Of a stretch of DNA of 64,000 nucleotides, positions 22,340-35,102 are shown one piece after another (the first letter of the stretch is position 1; the number at the start of each line of letters is the position of its first letter). The position numbers were made by a program, and so were the translations under genes. The notes below the pieces were generated by a model. The model ran no database searches and was not told where the DNA came from. It saw only the letters and a program-made list of their open reading frames with translations. The stretch is taken from assembly GCF_006345805.1 (NCBI RefSeq), contig NC_043011.1:8060001-8124000 (forward strand). The letters are read 5' to 3'. Source of the stretch: Octopus sinensis (taxonomy: Eukaryota).

Positions 22340-23390
22340 GTAAAATATATTAATCAGCTTTAAATACAAACGGAATATATTTATGATACAAGACAACATG
22401 ATATAGCAAAGCACTTTAAAAGCGAACGAAATGTATTTATGTACAAAACGAAAGACATTCATACACTTTGTATAAATCTAAACTATATTTATTTAGAATT
22501 GTTCGTCTTCCTAACGCTAACTCACACAGAAAACGCATCTACATTAATGATGTACTCCCACATCTGTTTTGGGAGAAAACTCAACCGGACCCCATATAAG
22601 ATTTTGAGGGGTCCATGTAACAAAATAGTAAACAGGGGGTCAACAAGTTTTTTTCTGAAATTATTAATAAATTATTTTTATTCATCGTGATTATAGAAAA
22701 TAAAAAAATTAAAATGTCTTTTCTACAATAGGAACAAAGCTGAAATTTTAGTGCTCAGCCGGTAACTTTTTTCATCGAGCCCGAAAGGATAAAAGCCAAA
22801 GTGGACCTGAGCTGAATTTGAACTCAGAATGTAAAAACGGACGAAATGCCGCTAAGCATTTTACTACGGTGTGCTAGCGAATAATTCTTCTATTTGCCTT
22901 CAGGACGACGAACATTTGGGGGACGGATTTGAGGGGCTAGTAGTAATTCGAAATAATAGCGGGTAGGGTGAAATCGGGTGAACCCTTATTCTTTTCCTTA
23001 GCGTGAAATCGATTTCAAGAAGGCGCCAAGTCAGATGAATGGGAGATAATCAAAAACCGCCAAAATCGAAACAATAAGACATTTCGAAAATTTCATTTAA
23101 CGTTTATTTCAGCAATAAATAAATCAAGATATAATTAAAATTTAATCAAATTAATTTCTACTAATGACCTCCTTTCTACAATTTAATCAATGTTATTTTA
23201 TTTATTTTCCTCACACCCATCCCCCATGGTTTCACATTCTGTGTTATTCACTGCGGAACTGACAAAATGTTTCCTGATTTTATTTCATCATAACATTAGC
23301 GGCATTTTGCAAGAATCTTTCTTTTAAAAGTTTATTATAATTATATTTCTTTTATATTATCTATTTTCGATAATCATATTTCCTATTGCG

Positions 23391-24144
23391 GATCTTTTCG
23401 GTTTGAAGGGCAGTTTTTAAAAATAATTTCTATGTAACTAACCACTTTTAAACTTCGTATACTGGTAGAATGTGTTTATAAAATATCTTTTTCTCTTGGC
23501 TTTCTTGAGAAACTTCTGTAGTTTGTAAGATATTTTCTTCAATTTTGGCAATTTCAACCAATCAATGACGTCTATTGAGGTGAAAACATTATCTGCCGTA
23601 AAATTTTCTGGCTGTGAAATATGAAAATGTCCCTCGTTTAAGAAACAGATTGGGTATATTTACATTTCTGAAGAAAAAAAAGATACCCTTCCCCCCACCT
23701 AAACCTTAACCCTAACCCCTAACCCTAACCCTAACCCTACAACAGATATAAATGCAATAGATCGATACTAGGGCCATAATTATGGGTGGACACTAAATAG
23801 GGAACGGTTTTGTTATCCAGCTCTGTTTACGTGTGACCCCTCAGTTTATGGCCACAGGGTACCTTTTTTCTCATAAATAACAGGGACAATTTCATATGAC
23901 ACCGGAAATAAATGTTGACACACTACAGCAGAAATCGTTTACATCTCAATAGACGTCATTGATTGGTTGAAATTGCCGAAATGCAAGAAATTAAAGACTA
24001 AATATCTTACAAACCATAGAATTTTCTCAATAAAGCCAAGAGAAAAAGATGTTTTATAAACACATTCTACCAGTATACGAAGTTTTAAATTTTTTAGTTA
24101 CATAGAAATTATTTCAAAAAACTGCCGTTCAAACCGAAAAGATC
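23391..24144. mobile_element. MITE with ~200-bp inverted arms and an internal (CCCTAA)n tract
   Basis: GATCTTTTCGGTTTGAA..GACGTCTATTGAG is mirrored at 23937-24144. CCCTAA repeats at 23700-23739. Confidence 0.75.
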
Positions 24145-24633
24145 TCCTATCGCTTTTTCCTTCCATTAAAACATTTATAGGTCGTTTTAAATATTTACTT
24201 GTTTCAGACATTGGACTGTGTTCGACGGCAGGGCAGCAACTGAAAGGGTTCGATCGAAGCCACTACTTATTTTGTAAAGCCTGCTTGCTTATTCTATCAG
24301 TAACTTATGACCGAACTTCTAAGTTACGGGGACGTAAACAAACCGATACCAGTTGTCAGGCGGTGGCGGGGTACAAACACAAGCAGAGCACAACACATAT
24401 TTGTATGTACAGCACTCTGTCTCTCCCTGGCATTCTTTCGATATGAGTCCCATTTACATCACGTGTATTTGTTTACATTTGAAGAAGATTGTCACTTTCC
24501 GTAGAATTTTTATTTTTTTATATACGTGGTGTTAGGGTTAGGGGTGGGGGGAAGGGTATATTTTTTCTTCAGATATGTAAATAAAACCACGTGGGTTTAT
24601 AAGTGACAGTTATGTTACTAGTACCGAATGATC

Positions 24634-24677
<44 letters not shown>

Positions 24678-24679
<2 letters not shown>

Positions 24680-25090
24680 CGCAGGAGTGGCTGTGTGGTA
24701 AGTAGCTTACTTACCAACCACATGGCTCCGGATTCAATCCCACTGCGTGGCACATTAGACAAGTGTCTTCTACTATAGCCTCGGGCCAACCAAAGCCTTG
24801 AGTGGATTTGGTAGATGGAAACTGAAAGAAGCCCGTCGTATATATGTATATATATAAATATATGTGTGTGTGTGTGTATGTTTGTGTGTCTGTGTTTGTC
24901 CCCCTAGCATTGCTTGACAACCGATGCTGGTTGTTTATGTCCCCGTCACTTAGCGGTTCGGCGAAAGAGACCGATAGAATAAGTACTAGGTTTACAAAGA
25001 ATAAGTCCCGGGGTCGATTTGCTCGACTAAAGGCAGTGCTCCAGCATGGCCGCAGTCAAAATGACTGAAACAAGTAAAAGAGTAAAAGAG
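24678..25090 (+). mobile_element. tRNA-derived SINE family 1
   Basis: GGCGCAGGAGTGGCTGTGTGG head, internal TA/TG microsatellite, (GTAAAAGA) tail. Confidence 0.85.
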
Positions 25091-25500
25091 TATATATATA
25101 TATATATATGTATAAAATAGACTTTTTTCAGTTTCTTTCTACTAAATCCGCTCACAATGCATTAGTCGGTCGGTCCGTAGTTGTTTTCGGAAGACGCTCG
25201 GCCCAGGTGCCGCACACTGCGACCGAACCCGAAACCCACATGGTTGGGATGCATGTATGTTATCACCCAGACCCCCCCTCCTCCCCACCGTACAATTAAT
25301 TCTCTTATGACTCATAGTATATACGTGGATGTTATCCAAATACACACGTATCCGCTGGAGTAAATCTTCGGCGATATTGCATCATTTTGCGTTGCCGTGT
25401 AATCCAGCGTAACGGTTGCATCAGTGATATTCATAAATTCCCGTAGAAGGCCTTATATTGTAATATCTCAGCATGTTAGTGTCTCGACATAGTTATTTGT

Positions 25501-25546
<46 letters not shown>

Positions 25547-25669
25547 GCGCTGTAGTAGTTATATGTGGATATATATATACATGCGCTGTAGTCGACTAAC
25601 GCTTCGGTCTGAACCATTCTATACTGTGTGTTAACACCGGGTTACTTATAACGCTAATGCATAAGCGAC

Positions 25670-25693
25670 ATAATAATGATGATGATGATGATG

Positions 25694-25730
<37 letters not shown>

Positions 25731-25731
25731 C

Positions 25732-25778
<47 letters not shown>

Positions 25779-25809
25779 CAATAATAATAATAATAATAAT
25801 AATAACAAT

Positions 25810-25865
<56 letters not shown>

Positions 25866-26267
25866 TAATAATAATAATAATAACAACAACAACAACAACA
25901 ATAATAATAATAATAACAATAATAATAATAATAACAATAATAATAATAACAACAACAACAACAACAATAATAATAATAATAATAATAACAATAATAATAA
26001 CAATACTAATAATAATAATAACAACAATAATAATAATAATTATTATTATTATTATTTCAAATTTTTGCTACAAGGACAGCTTGGGGGAGGTGGGGATGAG
26101 TCGATTATATCGACTCCAGTGTTCAACTGGTCCTTAATTTATCGACCCCGAAAGGATGAAAGGCAAAGTCGACCTCGGCGGAATTTGAACTCAGAACGTA
26201 GCGGCTGACGAAATACCGCTAAACATTTCGTCCAGCGTGCTAACGATTCTGTCAGCTCGCCGCCTTT

Positions 26268-26325
<58 letters not shown>

Positions 26326-26343
26326 TAAATAATAATAATAATG

Positions 26344-26395
<52 letters not shown>

Positions 26396-26409
26396 TAATA
26401 GTAATAATG

Positions 26410-26452
<43 letters not shown>

Positions 26453-26456
26453 TAAC

Positions 26457-26512
<56 letters not shown>

Positions 26513-26607
26513 TAATAACAATAATAATAATAATAATAACGATAATAATGATAATAATAATAATAACAATAATAATAATAATAATAATAACAATAACAAT
26601 AATAATG

Positions 26608-26693
<86 letters not shown>
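25670..26693. repeat. Large (AAT/AAC)n arrays flanking a SINE family 2 copy
   Basis: Direct inspection. These arrays produce the poly-N, poly-I and poly-L ORFs. Confidence 0.97.
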
Positions 26694-26694
<1 letters not shown>

Positions 26695-27272
26695 CCCTGA
26701 TGCAGTACCAGGCAGTAGCTCTCATGGCTTCTGATCTTAACTGATTGGAAGTGTCATCATGTACATTGTTTTGTCTTGGTATAAAAGATGGGCTACAGCA
26801 AATATTCTGCTCAATACCACAGATTTGCTTGTCAGTTGTTTGACCTTAACCAGTTGAGCATGTCCCTTAGTGGCTGACGATATATGCATCTCTGATCACG
26901 AGCAGAAGTAGTGGGGGAGCATCATAGCCATGTGTGGAGAGGGATTCTTTGGGGTTTGGATAATTCACCTCTGGAAACATGGGTGGTTCTTTCAACATCC
27001 TTAAACAACCCTTATTCAGGGACCGTTTGAGCGGGATGGGTTACCCGACCTGAAGAAAATTCTAACTGGGCCCCACCTGCAAGGTCATGTTTATCTTCAT
27101 ATGCTGTTTAAGGCTGTTTATCTTCATATGAGATCACCATATCGCGCACATATGGTTGTGATGCATGTGCCTAGTGTACCCTTATCAGACGGGTAGACAT
27201 GATGGGTATACTGGGCTTCGTATATTTTACCCCAGTGTCAATTTGATGGCATGCACTGCTCTCTCACTCAAT
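26694..27272. mobile_element. Unclassified (AAT)n-associated interspersed repeat, copy 2
   Basis: Collinear with 13870-14392 and flanked by AAT/AAC arrays. Confidence 0.75.
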
Positions 27273-27312
27273 AACAACAACAACAACAATAATAATAATA
27301 ATAATAATAATA

Positions 27313-30300
27313 ACCACAAGGGTTTACAAAAAGAAGAATAATCATTATAGACAGTATAGGACAAAACAAAGAAATTGTGTGTGTGTGTGAGTGTGTGTAG
27401 TTGTGAGGGTTTTGCGTCTAAACAAGACTAATAAAATTAATAATAATATAAAAGATCAACAATGTGTTATTCTCAATAGGGAAGAGACGTTTGAGGGCTG
27501 CTCATAGAAAACCCCTAAAAACCATGGGTGCCCTGACTTTGAGGCAGGTGCCTTTTTTCGTTTCCTTTCCTTTTTTCCAATTACATGCGTTCCCTCGCAC
27601 CATTCTCGCCCCTTTCATCCACCTTTCAGTAAACTGGCTAAAAGACAACACTGCCCTCTCTTCCCTTATTTTCTTTTTCAAGTGAAATTTGAAGTTTATC
27701 AAGGACTGGCCAAAGAGAAAACTGTTTGTCTTCAACCCCTTCAATCTCGTCCACCACACAACTTCTTTCGCTATGGCCACCAGGCATATGAACCACAGCC
27801 TTTCCATTCCTGTTAAAGGAAGGCGGCAGGGTAATCTTCACGATGGATTTAGTTGACAACCGGATCCGTCCCTCACGCGACAGCAGGTGTTCGACATAAA
27901 CCCTCAGATCAGCAATGCTCGGGCACTGGACGAGTGCACGCAGGGCCGTCTCATCGTCCTGCGCGCATCTCGGATATGCTTGGCTGACGGCACTTCCGTG
28001 CCTATAAAGTTTATCTCGAACAGGCAAAGCTCCCCGGTAGCACTGCCAGGCCTGAGATTTTTGGAAATTATCCAATCCATCGGTCCCGACTCGAAAATCC
28101 TCTAAAAAGAGTGACTAGCTGATCTTCTTCGATGCCCAATGTCTCCCCAAGAAAGTCATTGCACTTTTCCTCCACTAATCCTCTATAAAAAGCTAAAGTG
28201 GACGTTCCACCTATCGGTGATTGGCTGAGGGCTCCGAGTGCTTGAAGACATTCCACTTTCCAAAGGTTCCTCCTCGGTCTCTGTTGAACCCAGGACTGCA
28301 GCTCCGTTAAAGAAATTAGCTGCGGAAATACGTGTTTGGCGAATGGCGACCACACCTGTTCACCGTCAAGAAAGCACTGGAGAGGTGTAGCCTTAGTGCA
28401 TGTCTGCGCATCCTCAACCACAGCATGCCCAGGCCACTACGCAGCGGATGCTGACAGCAGATAGACCGCCTGACCATCGGGACGCGTCCCTTCCTTAAAA
28501 GCGGAAGAATATACGCATCAGCGTAATCAGAAGGCACGACAGTCAGGCGATAGCAGATGAAGGACCTGATATACGCATCAGCCACCTCTGCTCGATCTTT
28601 CAGGGATAGTTTTCTCCTCGACCCATTTTTGGGTAAGAGTAATCACCCTGTTCGCTACCTCGTCCCAGTTTTTATCCATATGGAGGTCCAGACCGAACCA
28701 AACCCCGAGCAATTTAACCAGTCCGTTCATCTAGCGCCCAACGATGCCGTTGTATGACATGGACTTGCTTCTCCAGGTGCCGAGCCGCAACCCCACCGAT
28801 TTTCCTGGTTAATTGTCGCTCCTGGAACCGCTTCGTTGTCACTGAGAGCAGTGCCGATCATTTCTATGTGTTTATGATCCGACGCCACTAAGGCGATGTC
28901 GTCGGCATATGACGACACGCATCTCTCGCAGCCTAGGTTGCGCAGGATGTCTCTAGACTCCTTCAGTTTGTGTTGTGGTGGCTCGAAAGTCAGCACATAC
29001 AAGAGAGACGAGAGGGAGCAACATTACCGGACCGAGTGCATGAAGCTGAACGGCTCTAAGAGGTGACCGTTCACTCGGTCCACGGAACAGATGTCACTGT
29101 GCATGGTAGCGATCCAGCCTCTGAATACAGGCCCGAAACCAGCTGCCTTGACGACCGCCACCAGGTTTAGTTGGTGGACCCTATTGAAAGCTTTAGACTG
29201 ATCTAAATTGATCAGAGCTCCACCCGTGTCAAGTTCTTTAGCCACTTTCTCAATGATGTATGGCATGAGATGGAGATTGTCGTGGATGGATCTTTTCGGG
29301 AGGGCACGTGCCTGTGTGTTCCTTACCAGATCCCCGACGACAAGCGCCAACTTCGTAGTTTACACCTTGGCCAGAATTGTGAACACTGCATTCAGCAGAT
29401 TTATAGGTCTAAAGTTGTCAATATAATACCCCTTGTCCGGGTCTTTTCTCAGCAACGCCACCGCTCCTCGGCTCACAAAACAGGGAATTCTCCCATTCTG
29501 TTGCCAGTTGCAGCAGACGTTTGCCAAGAGGTCACCGAACAAGTCTGGTATGTAAGCGTAAAGCCTGTAGGACAAACCATCCAAACCAGGCGATTTACCC
29601 CTCGTGCAGCTCGCCATTGCTTCCCGTATTTCAAAGGCTGTTATCGGCTTTTTGCAGCGCTCTACCTCCGTCGGCGAGAGCCGCGGCAACCCGTCAAGGT
29701 AGGACGTGAAATCCATCAGCAACCTGGCTCACCGCTGCTCCCAAACAGTTGAGCTAAGTGTCGTTGAAACGCCGTACACATCTGTCTCGGATCAATTATG
29801 ATTTGCCCGTCGTGGTCAATTGTCATCTGCCCAGCAACGATCGGATCGAGGATTTATTGCCACGCCGTGCCTCTGCCACTCAATTATTTTGAACGGCTTT
29901 CGTCCTTTCGTGTGTAAATGCTCGTGCCTTAGCCCTGACAACGCGATCTTGGTCTTTCACGTTGAAGAACTGGTAGAGTGCCAATCTTGCTGCGAGCACA
30001 TCGGTTGATATGCCTTTTCTAAAAGCCTCGTCTAATTTCTCGACTAGCTCTACTTCTGCTCCATGTTATTCCTTTACTAAACTTTATCGATTTTATTCGA
30101 ATCGCCCTTTTCAAGGCAAGCCACTATTTATTGTTGATTATTGCCTCCGTCAACGCCCTCTTAAGTAGTTCACTAACCCGGTCACTGAAATCTTTACGCA
30201 CCGGCAACGACATGTTCAGCTTCTATAATCGGGTCCGTCTATGAAGCCTAAGTCGACTGTTCAGATCACGAATTTGCGGTCTGTATAGTCGACTACTTTA

Positions 30301-31160
30301 AACTGTGGACAACCTATGCTACCCTTATCTGCTACTCTTCAGAATACCCTGTCTAGATAGGATTTGGATGACCCGATGCGGTTTGACCAGGTCCATACTG
30401 GCACTACCGGGAAAATCCAGTCGATACCTGGCAGATAGTTGGAATCGCCTGAGCAGGTTTGCGAGGCTTTTGCACCCTCCTCTCCTATCTGATAGACCTA
30501 TACAGCCCCGCCTACATCTAAAACTCCATTCCAACCTCCCACTGACACTAAAGAGCGGGACGTTACCAGGAAGATTTCTAGACGTCTGAAGAAATCTGGT
30601 CGACCTGCCCCCTTCGAGGCTTAGACGACAACTAGCCTGGATGTGTGTCCGCTACCTGCCACGCCCAGGTCTACCGACTTACCTTCCGGATCCAGGAAGA
30701 TCGTCCTTATTGCAAGTTCCAGATTTTTCCGAACCATCATGGTAACTCCGCCTCCCGCTCCCGGACGGCTTGGAGATGCGTACACTACATAGTCACAGAA
30801 AATGGGTCGGAAGTCCTGTGAGTCGGAAATTCTGGTTTCACTAATGGCCACCACATCGACATTCAGTGCCCTGAGGTCGTTGAGCAGGTGACCCCTCTTC
30901 CAAGGCGACCCCAGACTACGTACATTCACGGTGCCTATTCTGTAAGCGACCATCTTGTCGGGAAAAAAAGAAAAGGAAAACTTACTTGGTTTTATTTGGA
31001 GGGGCGGATTGCCCGTCCCCCACTGTTGGCTTGGGGTGATTCAATCAGTAAACTACCAAGAATTGTCTTGGTGATATTTCCTCGATAATCTCCGATATCC
31101 TGTGGGAATTGGGTTTTTAGGTGTATATGTTTTGTACAATGGTACAAATTTGAAGGTCGC
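27313..31160 (-). mobile_element. Tx1/L1-clade non-LTR retrotransposon with degenerate ORF2 (APE + RT)
   Basis: APE: IGTVNVRSL, VVAISET at 30953-30830. RT: FRPINLLN, RSIHDNL, LDQSKAFNRV, SYADD. Many stops and frameshifts. (TTA)n at the 3' end. Confidence 0.9.
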
Positions 31161-32274
31161 AATTCAGAAACTCTTTTTGGCATTGACCTGATGAGCTTTG
31201 TGATTGTCTCTTGTGGAACTTCTGCCCACTTTTCACGCAACAATCGAAACAATTCATCTTTAGATTTAGGTTTCTGTCGAGTTTTTCGTATAGCTCTATC
31301 AAGTATGCTCCAAAGATTTTCAATTGGGTTCATGTCAGGAGATTGGCTCGGCCAAGGAAGCTTTTTGACCCCATTTTCAGTCAGCCATTGTTGATTCCTT
31401 TTCGCTGTGTCTTCCAAGAATAAAAACTCATTTTTTTTGTTATGTTATCGTGCGAATATATCGGAAGTAGTCCCTGCTTAAGTATTTCGATATATTTTTC
31501 AGAGTTTATGGTTCCACCACATTCGATCAGCTCAGAACGACCATTGCTGGTGACAGCTCCCCTTACCATTACAGAAATACCGCCATGTTTAACAGTTGGT
31601 TGGAGTCGTTTCAAATCAAATTTTTGACTGGGGAGCTTCCAGATCCAAACACGTCCACTTTCTGAAAATAATGCAAATTTAAATTCATCTCAGAAAGTCA
31701 CTCTATCCCAAACTGAACTGGATTTTTCTGACATCACCTTAGCCCATTTCTTTCTTTTCATGATAGTATTTGGTTGAAAGAGAGGTTTTCTTCTAGCTGC
31801 TCTTCCATAATACCCAAGTTTATGCAGATATGTAACACACGTTCTTGGACTAAATTCTGGCTGTTTTCCAATGTCAGAAGCCTTCAAACGGGGTTCGTTT
31901 TCCATAATTCTCTTCAAACAGCGAATCTTCCTTTCCGAGGGCCCAGGTCGGCCGGGACGAGAATCTGTTGATTCTTTTCCTTGGCTTTTGAATTGCACTA
32001 TAATTCTATTAACAGTAGCAAGAGGAATTTGAAGATTTTCGGCAATTTTTCGCTGGCTAAGACCAGCCTCAGATTGCCCAACAATACGACCTCTTTGTAA
32101 ATCTGACAGTTCTGCTGAATTTTTTGTGCGTGGCATGGGTACTCTTCGCAAATGCTTAATATAATGGCACCTGGAATGAAAAAGAATAATTACATTGTAA
32201 ATTCTACACAGCGCTGAAAACAAAGATCAGAAATTTTGAAAATTAAAGGTGTCTGTTTACTTCCTGCATGTCTG
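31160..32274 (-). mobile_element. Tc1-family DNA transposon relic, 3'-truncated
   Basis: TA|CAG left end at 32274 within (TA)n. ATG at 32136 (MPRTK, GRP, ARRKP). F*DE nonsense codon at 31692-31690. VKHGG, frameshift, then WPSQSPDMNPIENLW. Confidence 0.92.
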
Positions 32275-32328
<54 letters not shown>

Positions 32329-32930
32329 TATAAACGCATAATTTTATGCATGTAACAATTGTATCTATCCCCACTCAAAGCAAACTGGAAAAAACGTTGA
32401 AAATATTACTGAACAAGAGTAGTGTCCCTTACAATAATATTTAAATACAAGAGTTATTCCCCTTTACAATTTAATACTAGTAGCGACATTTGCACATCGG
32501 GATGTTAACGCTTAGAACATTATGTCCAAGGGCCCGTGATTAGTGGGTGCAGGGGGGGGGGGATGCCAGCGCACCCCCTAAAATATTTCGCGGGTGCAAG
32601 ATCAAAATTTGCACCCCTTACATACTTTGACAGGTTTAGAAAATAGAGTCTAAAAATTGATCTGTAAAAAGTTGCTTGAAGTTGGGTTCCGTCTCAGAAC
32701 AAGAAGAAATGATAAAAATAGATAAAATAAAAAGTCCAAAATGTTAACTGCTGAAGCTGGTCTTGAAATTCCAAAGGGAATTCTCTAGGAAGGTATACTA
32801 TTGAACTACAGCGTCGTCATCATCAAAAGCAACAGCAATGACAACAACAACAACAACAGCAGTACGGTCACTCCTCAAATCTAGCTTAGTTGATGACCCA
32901 TTAAACTCCGCAATGAAAAGCCCTTCACTG

Positions 32931-32975
<45 letters not shown>

Positions 32976-32976
<1 letters not shown>

Positions 32977-33265
32977 ATTGACCGAGGTTACCGTGGTCTT
33001 TTCCGTAGGCTTTTCTTTCCAAGGGTAAACCTCACCTGTCCTTCCCTTTACACTTTATATTGACATTTCTGTGATAACGATCCCGATTGATCGATTTTTT
33101 TTCCTTTTCCTTTTATTTTTTATCTCCCCCCTTTTTTCCCTCTTTCTTTCCTTTTACGATCCCTTTTGATCGAAAACCAAACCCCCTTTTTTATTCCCAA
33201 TAGAAAAGCTCTACCTTGTAATTTGTCCTGTCTGTGTGCAGCTCTGTGTGGCTAATAAAGAAACA
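32976..33265 (+). mobile_element. Tx1 3'UTR-only copy flanked by (ATCT)n
   Basis: Near-identical to 57170-57465. Ends GGCTAATAAAGAAACATATCT. Confidence 0.85.
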
Positions 33266-33347
<82 letters not shown>

Positions 33348-33764
33348 CATTCTTCGTTTTGTTTGAATACTACAACTGACCCATCACCATCACCATCATC
33401 ATCATCATCATCATTGCCATAATATACTACTGATACAACCATGACCACTACAACTATCACGCCTTCCTTCCCACCACTGTCCACCTCAATTTGAATGCAT
33501 ACCTCACAGCTCTGTGTTATAAATCTGCCAACTGTGAATAAAGTAAAATCTATAAGCGGATGATACCCCAAATTATGCCAGTTTCCTGTCAGTAACTGCG
33601 ATTTCACTCATTTACCCGGGACAAAACATGCAACTCCTTCAAGCGGCACCAGCCAATGCCAAAACACACAACTTCCGCTTCCGCCGCTCTAGCAACGCCC
33701 ACCCTCCCACACCACTTGTATGCGATTTTTCAAATTGCTACCTTCTCTTTACTCTCTCTCTTTT

Positions 33765-33960
33765 ACTCTCCTTTACTTGTTTCAGTCATTTGACTGCGGC
33801 TATGCCGGAGCACCGCCTTTAATCGAGCAACTCGACCCCGGGACTTATTCTTTTTGTAAGCCCAGTACTTATTCTCTTTTGCCAAACCGCTAAGTTACGT
33901 GGACTTAAACACTCCAACATCGGTTGTCAAGCGATGTTGGGGGACAACACAGACACACAA

Positions 33961-34057
<97 letters not shown>

Positions 34058-34220
34058 TATATACGACAGGCTTCTTTCAGTTTCTGTCTACCAAATCCAC
34101 TCACAAGGCATTGGTCGGCCCGAGGCTACAGCAGAAGACACTTGCCCAAGATGCCACGCAGTGGGACTGAAACCGGAAACATGTGTCTGGTTAGCAAGCT
34201 ACTTACCACACAGCCACTCC
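33765..34220 (-). mobile_element. tRNA-derived SINE family 1
   Basis: Full copy, reverse orientation. Confidence 0.82.
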
Positions 34221-34466
34221 TTTATATATATATATATAAATTAATCAATATTAGGGTAGGAAAAAATTCAAATAGAAATTATTTTGCCACCAGCGGTCTA
34301 GTGAGAAAGAGGAAATAGTCAGAGACTATTAATAAATTCAACAACAATTGAGGAACGGCTATACTTGACCGTTCGACCCACTAGAAATAGCAGCCAGAGC
34401 TCCAACTGCAAATAGTAGTAATTCCGAAATCAGAGGAAAAATTAAAAAAACATTTACCCTGTTCTT

Positions 34467-34576
34467 CTTTAGACAATGCATTGTTTCGGCGGTTTTTAAT
34501 GGTAAACCAGCCTGATTAAATTAAATTAAACTTAATCAAGTCAATCTTCCAAACGGCCAACGCGCTCATCAGTAAA
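34467..34576 (-). ncRNA. Type I hammerhead ribozyme, long stem II (left arm of inverted pair)
   Basis: Minus strand TTTA-CTGATGA-GCGCGTT..AACCGCC-GAAA-CAATGCATTG-TC-TAAAG. 12-nt palindrome ACAATGCATTGT, GUC triplet. Confidence 0.8.
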
Positions 34577-34710
34577 TTTCGAAATTGAATCGGCAGTTTA
34601 TATTTGCTGCCGATAAGTTGGCGCGAGTACGATGATCTTGAAAATTTTAGGTCAGATATTACCGAGGCATGAAGGTAGCTGCCTCGTGTAATTTCTGTCC
34701 CTTCTGGCTC

Positions 34711-34821
34711 CTTTACTGATGAGCGCGTTGGCCTTTTGGAAGATTGACTTGATTAAGTTTAATTTAATTTAATCAGGCTGGTTTACCATTAAAAAACGCC
34801 GAAACAATGCATTGTCTAAAG
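34711..34821 (+). ncRNA. Type I hammerhead ribozyme, long stem II (right arm of inverted pair)
   Basis: CTTTA-CTGATGA-GCGCGTT..(78-nt stem II in total)..AACGCC-GAAA-CAATGCATTG-TC-TAAAG. Stem I CTTTA/TAAAG. Confidence 0.82.
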
Positions 34822-34963
34822 AAGAACAGGGTAAATGTTTTTTTAATTTTTCCTCTGATTTCGGAATTACTACTATTTGCGGTTGGAGCCCTGGCTGCTA
34901 TTTCTAGTGGGTCGAACAGCCTATTATAGCCGTTCCTCAATTGTTGTTGTATATATTATATAT

Positions 34964-35023
<60 letters not shown>

Positions 35024-35024
35024 A

Positions 35025-35063
<39 letters not shown>

Positions 35064-35069
35064 GTGTGT

Positions 35070-35102
<33 letters not shown>

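Larger units (their letters stand above)
34339..34949. mobile_element. Head-to-head inverted pair of an HHR-bearing element (~235-bp arms, ~140-bp spacer)
   Basis: 34339-34576 is approximately the reverse complement of 34711-34949. Each arm holds an outward-reading HHR. Confidence 0.82.

Noticed and set aside
23700-23739. True telomere or chromosome fusion site
   Set aside because: Only about five units, inside a repeat element whose internal block recurs nearby.
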